Source of the DNA: an uncultured Fibrobacterota bacterium
GTDB taxonomy: Bacteria; Fibrobacterota; Chitinivibrionia; Chitinivibrionales; FEN-1185
Assembly: GCA_963729895.1 (NCBI GenBank)
Contig: CAVSQB010000020.1
Span: 1-64,000 of the forward strand
Length of the DNA: 64,000 nt
Direction: 5' to 3'
Part shown: positions 1-10,979 of the stretch, in pieces
Layout of the letters: every line of letters begins with the position of its first letter
How positions within the stretch are numbered: the first letter of the stretch is position 1
Translations under genes and position numbers: made by a program
The notes under the pieces: generated by a model
Database searches by the model: none
Seen by the model: the letters and a program-made list of their open reading frames with translations, nothing else
Told to the model about the DNA's origin: nothing

Positions 1-113
1 AACAGTTTTGGGCACCTATCAGACAAATAGACGCCCTGACATCGCGAAATAATACTATCTGTCAACATGATCTTGGAATCTACTATTTTACAGAATTTTT
101 AGAGGTCCCCTAA
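1..113. mobile_element. Possible terminal end of an IS5-like insertion sequence that extends left of the window
   Basis: TTTTTAGAGGTCCC followed by CTAA (YTAR-type target) lies exactly where the PH-domain frame breaks. The stretch is AT-rich. The other end is not visible. Confidence 0.35.
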
Positions 114-289
114 ATAAAGTTGAAGGTATTCAGGTGAATCAAGGAATATTGGGCCGAATTCTAGGTTATGGTTCCATAACGGTAAGCGGAACTGGTGGCA
201 CAAAAGATCCGTTTCACAGGATAGCAGATCCACTTCAATTTAGGAGGAAGGCCCAAGAGCAGATTTCTGCAGTTCAAGAATCAAAATAA
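110..289 (+). pseudogene. C-terminal fragment of a bacterial PH-domain (bPH_2/YdbT-like) protein, N-terminus missing
   Basis: Frame reads LNKVEGIQVNQGILGRILGYGSITVSGTGGTKDPFHRIADPLQFRRK...ESK* (TAA 287-289). The same frame has stops at 50-52 and 68-70 and no start codon after them. Confidence 0.65.
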
Positions 290-314
290 TTTCAAAAAGA
301 GCATAACGAGGCCG

Positions 315-1532
315 TCACTGCTTGTACGTAGTTAAAAACTTCCCGATCCTCTCCATCGCCACTGTCAACTCATCCACCCGGGGCAGAAACACGATGCGGA
401 AATGGTCCGGCCTGGGCCAGTTGAACCCTGTTCCGTGCACGATGAGCACCTTTTCCTCGCGGAGAAGGTCGTAGGCGAACTTCATGTCGTCTTTGATGTT
501 GAACCGTTTCGGGTCGAGTTTGGGGAACGCGTAGAACGCGGCCTGCGGTTTGACGCATGAGACTCCCGGAATCTTCGAGAGCATGCCGAAGCACGCCTCG
601 CGCTGGACATAGAGCCTGCCGCCGGGAGCAACGAGGTCGTTGATACTCTGGTAGCCGCCGAGCGCCGTCTGCACAATGGACTGCGCCGGCACGTTGCTGC
701 ACAGGCGCATGGACGCAAGCATGTTGAGGCCCTCAATGAAGTCTGCCGCATCGGCCTTGTTGCCCGACACCACCATCCACCCTGCACGGAACCCGGCAAT
801 CCGGTATGTTTTGGACAGGCCGCTCATGGTGACGAACAGCACGTCGTCGGCGAGCGTAGCGATTGACACATGCTTGGCGCCGTCGTACAGGATCTTGTCG
901 TAGATCTCGTCGGCAAACACGATGAGCCCGTGCTCGCGCGCGACATCGACGATCTGCTGCAGCACGGCTGCGGGATACAGCGCTCCGGTGGGGTTGTTCG
1001 GATTGATCACCACGACGGCCCTGGTGTTCGGCGTTATCTTCTTCTTCATATCGTTGACATCGGGCAGCCACCCTGAATCCTCGTCGCACAGGTAGTGCAC
1101 CGGTTTTCCGCCCGCCAGGTTGACGGCCGCGGTCCAGAGCGGGTAATCGGGCGCCGGAACAAGGACCTCCGTGCCGTTGTTGCACAGGCACTGCATCACC
1201 ATCACCACGAGCTCGCTCACGCCGTTGCCCGTGTAGATGTCCTCGACATCCACGCCGGGAATGCGCTTCTGCTGGTAGTACTGCATGATCGCCTTGCGCG
1301 CCGAGAACAGCCCTTTTTCGTTGCTGTAGCCCTCGGAGGCCGGAAGATTACGGATCATGTCGTGAATGATCTCGTCGGGCGCCATGAGCCCGAACGGCGC
1401 CGGGTTGCCGATGTTGAGCTTAATGATCTGAAGGCCTTCTTCCTCCTCCATGCGTTTGGCTTCCTGCGGGACCGGGCCGCGGATGTCGTAGAGCACGTTG
1501 TCAAGCTTGCTTGATTTCTGGTATTTGCTCAT
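315..1532 (-). CDS. alaA: PLP-dependent class I/II aminotransferase (AlaA/YfbQ-type alanine aminotransferase)
   Basis: YDIRGPV, LNIGNPA, INPNNPTG, DEIYDK, GLSKTYR (PLP Lys) and LCSNVP motifs; 405 aa. Confidence 0.88.
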   Translation of the reverse strand: MSKYQKSSKLDNVLYDIRGPVPQEAKRMEEEEGLQIIKLNIGNPAPFGLMAPDEIIHDMIRNLPASEGYSNEKGLFSARKAIMQYYQQKRIPGVDVEDIYTGNGVSELVVMVMQCLCNNGTEVLVPAPDYPLWTAAVNLAGGKPVHYLCDEDSGWLPDVNDMKKKITPNTRAVVVINPNNPTGALYPAAVLQQIVDVAREHGLIVFADEIYDKILYDGAKHVSIATLADDVLFVTMSGLSKTYRIAGFRAGWMVVSGNKADAADFIEGLNMLASMRLCSNVPAQSIVQTALGGYQSINDLVAPGGRLYVQREACFGMLSKIPGVSCVKPQAAFYAFPKLDPKRFNIKDDMKFAYDLLREEKVLIVHGTGFNWPRPDHFRIVFLPRVDELTVAMERIGKFLTTYKQ

Positions 1533-1788
1533 GCGGTTTCCCTTCTCCCAGGGGCGATTACTTGTTTCGCATTAATATATATCGGGAGGACTGCGGGGCA
1601 AAAGGAGTGAGGGCCGGATGATCAACGCGGACCGATCGCTCGCAGGGACCTTTGTTTTTCCCGGGCGTGGCGCCTCATCACCGCGGCCCCGCAATACTGT
1701 TTCAAATCCGCAGCGGTATGGTATATTTCATCAATCTCCACTTTTGTGCGAACCGTCATTTCGCACTTGCAACAGCCTTTGAGGGATC

Positions 1789-4700
1789 ATGATTTCAACT
1801 CGTCGTCCCATTCGGGCCGGCATGCCGGCTTTGCTCCTCTTTTCCTTTCTCACCGCCGTGAAGGCCGATCCCAACGAACCCGCATGGAGCCTTCTTCTCG
1901 ACAACAAGCCGCTTGAAGCACAGGCGCTATTCCTGAAAAACTCCGGGGACCCCGACAAAAGCGTGAGCGGCGAGGCCTATCGCGGGCTTTCGGAAGTCTC
2001 GCGGTTCATGGGGCAGGAAATCTATGCCGCCCGTTACTCTTTCAGGAGCTGCATGGCGGACAACAACATCGTGCTGTTTTCGGCGGGCGCGCTCAACGCG
2101 TATGCCTTCGGCCGCGAGGCGGCGGGATATCGGATCAGCGAGGGGTACCGACTGCTTGCGGACCTGGTAAAAAGGCCGGGCCTGTTCTCGGGGGAATTTG
2201 CGGATCTGCTCGCCGAGCGATACGCCAACGACGGCGACCTGAAGGCCGCGTCCCGGCTTGTGGACGACATGGGCGCCATCCGGAAATGGATGTATATCGG
2301 GCCGTTTGACAATATCTCCAATTCGGGCTACAACAAGACGTATGCGCCGGAGCTGGAAATTGATTTTGAGAAGGTCTATCCCGGCAAAGACGGCGCACAG
2401 GCAAAGTGGAACCGGGTCGACAATACGGCACAGACGGGATGGATATTCACCGAACAACATTCGACCGCCCGCAACGCCGTCCAGTATTTCTATTGCACCG
2501 TGACAAGCGGCTCGACGCAGGACGTGAACCTTTCATTCGGCGCCTCGGGATCGTTCAAGGTGTTCCTCAACGGATCGTGCGCGCTTTCCGATTCGGTGTA
2601 CCGAAATACCGGCGTCGACGTATTCATGCAGCGGGTTACCCTGCTCAAGGGCGACAATCAGTTGCTGATCAAATTGTGCCACGAATGGGCGAACCGGCTC
2701 GGCAGCCCGGACAAACTTTCCAATTTCTTTGTTCGTTTTCTTGACAAAAGCTATATACCCGTCCGGAAACTCTCGTTCTCCATTAATGCGTGCGCGCCCG
2801 CAGGCTCGCCTCCGGCCCCCTCCGCGTACGCTCCCTCGCCCCTGGTCGATTCCATCGTGCACGTGCTCTCGGGCAGGATTGCAAAAAACGACTTCGACAT
2901 GGATGCCGCGGTGCTGCTCATGCACACCTACAACGGCACGGAACGGTTCGACGACGGCCAGGAGCTTGCGACCGTCTATCTCAAGAAATTCCCTAAAAGC
3001 AGTTTGTGGCACGAGCTGTACAGCGAGTCGCTTCTCAGGTCGAAAAAATACACGGAAGGCGAAACGGAGCTCAAGACCGCCTTTACGCTGTGCCCGCTCG
3101 ATTACGCGGCATGGGAAAGCGAGTTGCACATCGTCACCAAGAATTCGGAGGCGAGAAAAGCGATCGAGTTCTTGGACGCATCGCCAAAAGAGTTTGCATC
3201 GAACCTTGCGGCCCTGGCGGCGCGACTTACCGCCTGCATTCAGTTGGAAAACAGCGCCCAGGCTCTCAAGATTGTTTCCGACATAGAAACGAATTATCCT
3301 CTCGACGAAACCGCGGTCAACATCCTCACGGGGATATATTCGGAGCAGGGGCAAACCAGGAAGGCGGAAAGCCTCATCGACGGTTTCCTCAAGCACGAGC
3401 GGACCAACGCCTCCATGTATAAGGCGCTGGCTTTTCTTGCCGTAAAGCAGGGCGACATGGGCAAGGTTACCAGGATAATCCTCGAAAGCCTTGCCTACTC
3501 GCCCAACGACGCGGAATTGTACTATTACCTTGCCGATCTCAACTATTCGGCAAAGCGTTTCGACGCTGCAAGGGAGTATATCGAGAAATCGCTTCTGGTG
3601 ATGCCCGCAAACGCGGACGGGCTCAATTTGAAAGGGAACATTCTGGTTTCTCTGGGCGACAAGGAACGGGCCAAGCAAGCATTTACAGATGCAATAAACT
3701 TCACCAGCAACAATTTTAATGCGTGGGAGAACCTGCGGGGGCTCGAAGGGAAACCGTCTCTCGAATCGCTGGCGCCGCTGCCGTCTGTGGACAGCCTGGT
3801 CCATGCGACGGCAGGCTGGCAGTACCGGTCGCACGAAAACGGCGCCATCCTGTCGCGTGTAAGCGACCTATTCTATTACCCCAGCCGCTGCTCGCGCGAG
3901 AGGTGCTTCTTGGTAGTGTATCTCGCCACCCAGAAGGCAATCGACACATGGAAGGAACGCGACATCGAGTACAACGGCTATTTCCAGTCCCTGCACGTGG
4001 CGCGCGCCCTTTCGCTCCGGTCGAACGGCTCGCAGGTTGAAGCGGACGTTGCCGACAATAAGGTCGTGTTCAAGTCGTTGCAGCCGGGCGACTGCATTGT
4101 GCTCGAATGGTCTCTCAAGAATTTTTACATTGGAAAAATGGCGGATCAGGTTCACGGAACCCAGGAATTCCAGCTCGGTTTTCCCGCCTTCGACAGCCGT
4201 CTCAGGCTCGTTACGCCGGCGGACGACACGATCCCGTACAACGTGTACGGCGATTCGATAGTCGTGGAAACCGCGCTCCGCGGCGACTACCGTGTTACGC
4301 AGTTTGTTCGGCCCCCGTACAAGAACGTGCTCGACGAATCGTTTGTGGCCACAGACTGGCCCAACAAGGAGAAGGTGACGTACTCCACGTTCAAGGGCTG
4401 GAGCGATATTGCAAAATGGTACGACGATCTCACACGCCACAAACTCGACAACTCGCTGGAGCTCAAGGCAATCGCCGATTCGCTGTTCGCCGGGTGCAAA
4501 ACCGCGCTCGCCAAAGTCGCCAGGGTGCATGAATACATTACGGGCGCCATCCGGTACAGCTATGTGCCTTTCCGCCAGAGCGGCTGGATTCCGCAGGACG
4601 CACGCGACGTGCTCGCAACCAAGATCGGTGACTGCAAAGACATGGCCTCGCTGGGCAAAAGTCTGCTTGACTGTGCAGGAATTCCCTCGTGCCTCGTGCT

Positions 4701-5577
4701 CGTGAATACGGGCATACGTCATTTTGCCGGCCAGGCCTGCGTGGGCCCCGACTTCAACCATTGCATTCTCTGCTACACCATAAACGGCGCGGACAGGTTC
4801 CTCGATTGCACCGACAATAACCTGCCCATGACCACGCTCCCCCGGCAGGACCAGGGCGCGATGGCCCTGATCGTCCGGCCCGGCACCACGGACCCGGTTA
4901 TCTTGCCGGTTGACAGGCCCGAGAGCCGCATCAGACAACGGACCGTGGTTTCGACCCTCACCGACAACGGCACGCTCGCGGAATCCGTCCAGACCATCCG
5001 CACGGGCGTCTACGCAGGCGAATTCAGGGATGATTTCAGATTTGTGTCCCCCGAAAAAAGGAATGCGCTCCTTCATCAAAGCCTTGCCCGCACGTATCCA
5101 GACCTGTCTCTCGACACGTTCATCGTGAGCGGCTTGAACTCGGTGGGCGACACACTGCGTTATCGTTACACCTGCACGGCACGAAACACGGTTTCCAAGA
5201 GCGGCTCCACCGCCATTTTCCCGCTTCACCTTCCGGACATCATTGAACCCAACCAGTACCCGGCCGAGGAGAAACGGATGTTCCCCATCGACATGTGCCA
5301 AGCATGGTACGACATTTCTTCGTGCGAACTCACCGGCCAGCTTTCGTTTCCGGCTTCCTGGAGGCCCATCAGCCTGCCGGACAACGTCAGCGTCGATTCG
5401 CCGTACGGTTCGTACCGTCTGGAATTCAGGCAGAAGGGGAACGCAATTATGTACAAACGCACCGCCTTGATGAATTTCAAAACGATGCTGCCGCCGGCCG
5501 ACTACCGGCAGTTGAAAGCTTTTGTCAATAAAGTGTCCGGGGCCGACGAAGTGCAACTGTTGTTTTACACGAAGTGA
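1789..5577 (+). CDS. Secreted TPR + DUF3857/transglutaminase-like protein
   Basis: Signal peptide, WMYIGPF beta-domain, TPR run, then GDCKD / FNHCI / FLDCT (Cys-His-Asp triad) and a DUF3858-like tail. Confidence 0.8.
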   Translation: MISTRRPIRAGMPALLLFSFLTAVKADPNEPAWSLLLDNKPLEAQALFLKNSGDPDKSVSGEAYRGLSEVSRFMGQEIYAARYSFRSCMADNNIVLFSAGALNAYAFGREAAGYRISEGYRLLADLVKRPGLFSGEFADLLAERYANDGDLKAASRLVDDMGAIRKWMYIGPFDNISNSGYNKTYAPELEIDFEKVYPGKDGAQAKWNRVDNTAQTGWIFTEQHSTARNAVQYFYCTVTSGSTQDVNLSFGASGSFKVFLNGSCALSDSVYRNTGVDVFMQRVTLLKGDNQLLIKLCHEWANRLGSPDKLSNFFVRFLDKSYIPVRKLSFSINACAPAGSPPAPSAYAPSPLVDSIVHVLSGRIAKNDFDMDAAVLLMHTYNGTERFDDGQELATVYLKKFPKSSLWHELYSESLLRSKKYTEGETELKTAFTLCPLDYAAWESELHIVTKNSEARKAIEFLDASPKEFASNLAALAARLTACIQLENSAQALKIVSDIETNYPLDETAVNILTGIYSEQGQTRKAESLIDGFLKHERTNASMYKALAFLAVKQGDMGKVTRIILESLAYSPNDAELYYYLADLNYSAKRFDAAREYIEKSLLVMPANADGLNLKGNILVSLGDKERAKQAFTDAINFTSNNFNAWENLRGLEGKPSLESLAPLPSVDSLVHATAGWQYRSHENGAILSRVSDLFYYPSRCSRERCFLVVYLATQKAIDTWKERDIEYNGYFQSLHVARALSLRSNGSQVEADVADNKVVFKSLQPGDCIVLEWSLKNFYIGKMADQVHGTQEFQLGFPAFDSRLRLVTPADDTIPYNVYGDSIVVETALRGDYRVTQFVRPPYKNVLDESFVATDWPNKEKVTYSTFKGWSDIAKWYDDLTRHKLDNSLELKAIADSLFAGCKTALAKVARVHEYITGAIRYSYVPFRQSGWIPQDARDVLATKIGDCKDMASLGKSLLDCAGIPSCLVLVNTGIRHFAGQACVGPDFNHCILCYTINGADRFLDCTDNNLPMTTLPRQDQGAMALIVRPGTTDPVILPVDRPESRIRQRTVVSTLTDNGTLAESVQTIRTGVYAGEFRDDFRFVSPEKRNALLHQSLARTYPDLSLDTFIVSGLNSVGDTLRYRYTCTARNTVSKSGSTAIFPLHLPDIIEPNQYPAEEKRMFPIDMCQAWYDISSCELTGQLSFPASWRPISLPDNVSVDSPYGSYRLEFRQKGNAIMYKRTALMNFKTMLPPADYRQLKAFVNKVSGADEVQLLFYTK

Positions 5578-5675
5578 AGGGCGCCGCGGTCGGCCGCCCT
5601 GTCGTATTTTGTCATGAGCGAATAATCGGGCCTGACGCCACCATCGCCGTCCACCTTTTCAACCGGAAAGCCGTC

Positions 5676-8609
5676 ATGATACAACACAACTTGTCCGCTT
5701 CGGAGCGCGTCTGCGGGTTCATTCTCGAACGGGTCGAGGAAATCCCCGAACTGCGCAGCACGGCCTACCTGTTTTCACACGAGAAAACCGGGGCGCACCT
5801 TCTTCACTTGTACAACGACGACGCCAACAACCTGTTTTCGATCGCCTTTCGGACTCCCGTGTCGGACAATACCGGCGTACCGCATATTCTCGAACATTCG
5901 GTGTTGGGCGGGTCCCGTGCGTTTCCCCTCAAAGACCCATTTCAGGAACTCCTCAAGGGATCGCTCCAGACCTTTCTGAACGCTCTCACCTACCCGGACA
6001 AGACGGTTTACCCTGTGTCAAGTCAGGTGGAGGCCGACTTCTTCAATCTGGTGAACGTCTACTGCGACGCGGTGTTTTTTCCCCTGCTCACCCGCAACAC
6101 CTTCTACCAGGAGGGCTGGCACTTCGACTTGGAATCCGATGACGGTCCGGTCGGCATCAAAGGCATCGTGTACAACGAAATGAAGGGCGTCTTTTCCGAT
6201 TTCGCAAGTCATGTGGAACGCACGACCGTGTCGTTCTTGTTTCCCGACACGTCGTACTACTTCGAGAGCGGCGGGGAGCCGGCGCATATCACCGACCTCA
6301 CCTACGAACAGTTCAGGCAATTCCACGCCCGGTATTATCATCCGTCAAATTCATTCATCGTGCTGTACGGGAACATCCCCTCGAAAAAGACGCTGGCGTT
6401 TCTCGATGAAAAATACCTTGGCGGGTTTGAGAAACTATCGGCTACAGCGGGGATTTCGCCTCAACCCGACTGGAAGTCGCCGCGTCGCGCCGTGATCGAC
6501 GCGCCCGCCTCTGAGAAAGACGACGGGTACGCAACCGTGGCAATGGCATGGAAATTCGGGCTCTCGGCAGACCCGGTATCATCTCTGCTTGGCCGGATAC
6601 TCTACCGCTACCTCATGGGCACCGAAAGCAGCCCGCTCAAGCGGGCACTCATCGACAGCGGTCTCGGCGAAGATCTTGACGACATCTGCGGATTCGAAAC
6701 CGAATTCGTGAACGGCCTGTTTGCCGTTGGTCTGCGAAGAAGCCGTCCAGAACATGCAGACGCCATCGAAACGCTTGTGCTTGACACGCTTGCCCGGGAA
6801 ATCGAACGCGGGCTCGACGAACGCCTGTTGGAAGGTGCGCTCCGCCAGACCGAATTCCGGCTGCGTGAAATCAGCGATGCAGGCAGGTTCCCCTACAACC
6901 TCCTTCTTGCCGAACGCTGTTACCGTTCCTGGCTGTACAACGGCGATCCCCTTGCGCATCTCGCATTTGAAAAGCCGCTGCACGCAGTGCGGCAGGAGAA
7001 AGACAAGGGATGCGGCTGGTTTGCAGACAAGATCGGCGAACTGCTCGTCCGCAACCCGCACCGGCTGCGCATAACGGTTCGAGCATCGTCCGACCTCGGA
7101 AAGAAACTCGAAACCCAGTCCCAGGAGCAGGCCTCGGCGCTCAGCAGCAACTTTACCGATGCGGACAGGCGCCGTATTTTCGAGCAAACACGGACCCTCG
7201 TGGAAGAACAGAAGAAGCCCTCGCCGCCGGAGGCGCTTGCGTCGCTTCCCCAGCTTACCATAGCCGACTTGCCGCTCAGGAACCAAGAGGTGCCGGTCGT
7301 GCGGACAACGGTCGGCAGGAGCGAGGCGTTTCTACATCCGATCTTCACTTCCGGCATCATCTATTGCGACATCGGGTTCGGGTGCTCTTCAATCCCGGCG
7401 GACGTGCTTATGTATCTGCCGTTGTACCTGGAACTGCTTACCAAATGCGGCGCGGCCGGCTTGTCGTACGAAGACATGGCAAGACGAATCTCCCTTTCCA
7501 CGGGCGGCATAACGAGCTCCATCGTGTGCGAAACGAGGACGGACATCGCCGACGACATCGTATTCTCCGCCTTCGTGCATGCCAAGTCGCTCGTGTCACG
7601 ATTCGGCGAGACAACGGACATTCTGCGCGATATGTTTTTTGCGCCCGACCTCGAAAACCCCAAGCAGATCAGAGATGTGCTTCTTGAAATGCGCAACGAT
7701 CTCAATGCCTCGGTCATCAACAGCGGGCACCAGTTTGCCATACAGCATGCTTCAGCGGGCCTTGTCCGTTCCCGCCGTTTGGAGGAAATGCTCGGCGGCA
7801 TCACGCAGCTCCGCTTCCTCGACAGGCTTGTGAAAGCCGATTCGTCCCGAGACATTGCGGCCACCCTCGCAAGACTCCATTCGATGGTAATCTCGTGCGG
7901 CGCCTGCACCCTGTCCATCACTGCCGACGATCCGCACGGGGCGGCGGCCGGCGTGGAAACGCTTATTGCCTCGTTGCCCGTAACCGTTGCCGGCCTCCCC
8001 GATCGTGCGTTCGCGGAGCGACGTGACAGCACCGGCATCGAAATAAGCTCATCCGTCAACTTTGCGGCAAAGGCATGGAACCTGGGGAAGCTGTCCGCGG
8101 AGCAAACGGCCGGCTATCTTCTCTTATCAAGAAATATGTCCACCGGATATCTGTGGGACAAGGTCCGGGTGGAAGGCGGCGCGTACGGCGGCATGGCAAT
8201 GGTGTCGGGCGGCAGCGCGGTGTTTTCCTGCGCCTCGTACCGGGACCCCAATCTCTCCTCCACGCTTTCCCATTTCGAAAAGGCCTTCGGTCAGGTCGCG
8301 GCCGGGCTGCCCGCCTCGGCGGTGAATCAAAGCATCATTGGAACCGTCGGCCGGATCGACGCGCCGCGCACACCGCATGAAAAAGGGTTCAGTGAGACCG
8401 TCGCGCTTTTGTGCGGCCGCACGCCCGAGTTCCGCCAGCGAATCCGTGACGGCGTGCGGGCTGCAACGCCGGCAAGCCTTGCGGCCGCAGCCCGGTCGGT
8501 TCTCGACAATCAACACTTCTCGGTGACCGTGCTGGGGTCGGCATCGGCTTTTGACAATGCGGAAAAGGAACAGGTGTTTTTCAAGAGGGAGACCCTGCTC
8601 GAGGAATAG
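5676..8609 (+). CDS. M16C insulinase-family metallopeptidase (PreP/Cym1-like)
   Basis: TGVPHILEHSVL (HxxEH), FLNALTYPDKTVYP, YNEMKG, VRVEGGAYGG and SYRDP motifs. Start placed at ATG 5676; the ORF track starts at GTG 5574. Confidence 0.9.
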   Translation: MIQHNLSASERVCGFILERVEEIPELRSTAYLFSHEKTGAHLLHLYNDDANNLFSIAFRTPVSDNTGVPHILEHSVLGGSRAFPLKDPFQELLKGSLQTFLNALTYPDKTVYPVSSQVEADFFNLVNVYCDAVFFPLLTRNTFYQEGWHFDLESDDGPVGIKGIVYNEMKGVFSDFASHVERTTVSFLFPDTSYYFESGGEPAHITDLTYEQFRQFHARYYHPSNSFIVLYGNIPSKKTLAFLDEKYLGGFEKLSATAGISPQPDWKSPRRAVIDAPASEKDDGYATVAMAWKFGLSADPVSSLLGRILYRYLMGTESSPLKRALIDSGLGEDLDDICGFETEFVNGLFAVGLRRSRPEHADAIETLVLDTLAREIERGLDERLLEGALRQTEFRLREISDAGRFPYNLLLAERCYRSWLYNGDPLAHLAFEKPLHAVRQEKDKGCGWFADKIGELLVRNPHRLRITVRASSDLGKKLETQSQEQASALSSNFTDADRRRIFEQTRTLVEEQKKPSPPEALASLPQLTIADLPLRNQEVPVVRTTVGRSEAFLHPIFTSGIIYCDIGFGCSSIPADVLMYLPLYLELLTKCGAAGLSYEDMARRISLSTGGITSSIVCETRTDIADDIVFSAFVHAKSLVSRFGETTDILRDMFFAPDLENPKQIRDVLLEMRNDLNASVINSGHQFAIQHASAGLVRSRRLEEMLGGITQLRFLDRLVKADSSRDIAATLARLHSMVISCGACTLSITADDPHGAAAGVETLIASLPVTVAGLPDRAFAERRDSTGIEISSSVNFAAKAWNLGKLSAEQTAGYLLLSRNMSTGYLWDKVRVEGGAYGGMAMVSGGSAVFSCASYRDPNLSSTLSHFEKAFGQVAAGLPASAVNQSIIGTVGRIDAPRTPHEKGFSETVALLCGRTPEFRQRIRDGVRAATPASLAAAARSVLDNQHFSVTVLGSASAFDNAEKEQVFFKRETLLEE

Positions 8610-8692
8610 CGGGAAAATTGTTATGTGAGGGGTGAAAATTGAAGGACCCCTGCCCACGGTTAGGGGTAAACCGCACCATCCAAATGCGGCTG

Positions 8693-9124
8693 CTACTTCA
8701 CGGCGTCCTTCTTCTGCAGCAATTCCTTGTGGATCGAATCGATGACGCCATTCACGAATTTCCCGGAGTCGTCGGTGCCGTACAGTTTGGCGAGTTCAAC
8801 AGCCTCGTCGATTACCACGCGAAACGGCACGTCGGCAAACCACCGCAGCTCGGCCACGGCCATCCGCAGGATGTTGCGGTCGATCGCGGTCATTCGCTTG
8901 AGATCCCAGTTTGCGGCATGCGTGGCCAGGAGTCCGTCTATCTCCAGTTTTGACGAAAGCGTCTTCTCCACAAGCATGCCGGCATAAGCGCCGGCGCCCT
9001 CATCGCCGCCCTGGTCTTCCATGATACCGGCAAGTATCCGGAGAAAATCGGGAGTGTCGCCCACTTCGCACGCGTACAACGTTTGCAACGCGAGTTCGCG
9101 CGATTTTCTTCTGGTGTGCTGCAT
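8693..9124 (-). CDS. nusB: Transcription antitermination factor NusB
   Basis: RRKSRELALQTLY, IDRNILR, VVIDEAVELAK and FVNGVID motifs; follows ribH. Confidence 0.95.
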   Translation of the reverse strand: MQHTRRKSRELALQTLYACEVGDTPDFLRILAGIMEDQGGDEGAGAYAGMLVEKTLSSKLEIDGLLATHAANWDLKRMTAIDRNILRMAVAELRWFADVPFRVVIDEAVELAKLYGTDDSGKFVNGVIDSIHKELLQKKDAVK

Positions 9125-9193
9125 GCGGCGGCACCGATGGCCAGATCCTTTCGGAGTTCACTCTACGGAAATTCTTGCGGTCATCCTTGGTAC

Positions 9194-9289
9194 TTATTAC
9201 TCCGGCAACTAAATATGCACAAAACAAAGCATCGATTTCATAGTACAACGGCCGCCAATTTTGGGCATGTATTACCGCCGGAGTAATAA
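9194..9289. repeat. 96-bp element bounded by inverted repeats (MITE-like or long hairpin)
   Basis: TTATTACTCCGGC (9194-9206) and GCCGGAGTAATAA (9277-9289) form a perfect 13-bp IR, continued imperfectly by ATGCACAAAA / TTTTGGGCAT. Confidence 0.6.
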
Positions 9290-9309
9290 TCTTTATAAAT
9301 CGAGGACCA

Positions 9310-9774
9310 CTACAATTTCTTCATCAGATCGGCCATTTCGATTGCCGACAGCGCCGCGTCCCAGCCCCGGTTGCCGCTCTTGGTTCCCGCGCGCTCCACT
9401 GCTTGCTCAATGGTGTCTGTTGTGAGCACGCCGAAGATAACCGGAACTTCCTGTTCCAGGCTTATTGCGGCAATGCCCTTTGACACTTCCGAAGCGATGT
9501 ACTCGAAATGCGGGGTGTTGCCCCGTATCACGGCGCCCAGGCACAGCACCGCGTCGAACTTTCCCGATTTTGCCAGCTTCTTGGCAACGAGCGGAATTTC
9601 GAACGCCCCCGGCACCCACGCAACCGAGATATTCTCCTGTGAACCGTTGTGCCGAAGAAGGCAATCTATGGCCCCTTCGAGCAGCTTCTTGCCTATCAAT
9701 TCGTTGAACCTGCTCACCACAATCGCGAATCGCCTGCCCGACGCGTTGAGCAGTCCTTCCGTCACGGTTGACAT
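9310..9774 (-). CDS. ribH: 6,7-dimethyl-8-ribityllumazine synthase
   Basis: [24 protein letters not shown] and FGVLTT motifs. Confidence 0.97.
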   Translation of the reverse strand: MSTVTEGLLNASGRRFAIVVSRFNELIGKKLLEGAIDCLLRHNGSQENISVAWVPGAFEIPLVAKKLAKSGKFDAVLCLGAVIRGNTPHFEYIASEVSKGIAAISLEQEVPVIFGVLTTDTIEQAVERAGTKSGNRGWDAALSAIEMADLMKKL

Positions 9775-10979
9775 AGTGCTCCTCCTTCAAGAAGGTGTCC
9801 AAGTTTTTCCTTTTTTGTCGACAGATACCTCGCGTTTTCTTTGCGGGCGGGAATTTCGATGGGCACGCGTTCGACGATTTCGATCCCGTAGCCGCTGAGT
9901 CCAACGATTTTTTTGGGATTGTTTGTCATGAGGCGGATCTTCCGGATGCCGAGGTCGGCAAGGATCTGCGCCCCGATGCCGTAGTCCCTCCGGTCGGGCG
10001 GGAACCCGAGGTGCTCGTTTGCCTCCACGGTGTCGAGCCCTTCGTCCTGAAGCGCATACGCCCGTATCTTATTGACAAGCCCGATACCCCGTCCCTCCTG
10101 CCGAAGGTAAAGCACCACCCCGCCCTGCGAACCGATTTTCTCCATCGATTGTTCCAACTGGTCTCCGCATTCGCACCGGAGCGACCCGAGTATATCTCCT
10201 GTGAAGCATTCGGAGTGGACGCGCACCAGCACCGGTGTGCCGGGATCCACCTCGCCGCTCTGCAGCACAATGTGCACGCCCTCGTTGATGATGTCCTCGT
10301 AGCATTTGATGACGAATGTGCCGAACCGGCTCGGCAGTTTGGCCGATGCCGTGCATTTCACGAAATGCTCGTGAGCCGTGCGGTAACGAATGAGGTCGGC
10401 AATGGTTATGATCCTGATGTCGTGCTCGGCCGCGAACTTTGAAAGCTGCGGAGCGCGCGCCATGGTGCCGTCCTCGTTCATTATTTCGCAGATGACGCCG
10501 GCGGGAAACAGCCCGGCGCTTCTCGCAAGGTCAACCGAAGCCTCGGTCTGGCCGGAGCGTACCAGGACGCCGCCCTCCCGCGCCCTCAGAGGAAACATGT
10601 GGCCGGGGCGCACAAAGTCTTTGGGCCTGCTGGCCGGATCGACCAGTTTGATCACCGTGACGGCCCGGTCTGCAGCTGAAATCCCGGTCGTGGTGCCTTC
10701 GCGTGCGTCAACGCTGTCGGTGAAGGCAGTTTCGAACCGGGAGGTATTGTCGTGCACCATCATGGGGATGCCGAGTTCGTCGAGCCTGCTGCCCTCCATG
10801 GTGACGCAGATGAGGCCTCTGGCGTATGTGGCCATGAAGTTGATTTTTTCCGCGGTACACATCTGTGCCGCACACGCAAGGTCTCCCTCGTTTTCCCGGT
10901 CTTCATCGTCCACGATAATGACGAATTTACCCTCGCGGTAGTCATCAATTGCGGCTTCAATGTCGGTGAAGTGAGTCAA
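9762..10979 (-). CDS. ribBA: Bifunctional DHBP synthase / GTP cyclohydrolase II
   Basis: [35 protein letters not shown] and QEGRGIG motifs. Confidence 0.97.
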   Translation of the reverse strand: MTHFTDIEAAIDDYREGKFVIIVDDEDRENEGDLACAAQMCTAEKINFMATYARGLICVTMEGSRLDELGIPMMVHDNTSRFETAFTDSVDAREGTTTGISAADRAVTVIKLVDPASRPKDFVRPGHMFPLRAREGGVLVRSGQTEASVDLARSAGLFPAGVICEIMNEDGTMARAPQLSKFAAEHDIRIITIADLIRYRTAHEHFVKCTASAKLPSRFGTFVIKCYEDIINEGVHIVLQSGEVDPGTPVLVRVHSECFTGDILGSLRCECGDQLEQSMEKIGSQGGVVLYLRQEGRGIGLVNKIRAYALQDEGLDTVEANEHLGFPPDRRDYGIGAQILADLGIRKIRLMTNNPKKIVGLSGYGIEIVERVPIEIPARKENARYLSTKKEKLGHLLEGGALCQP

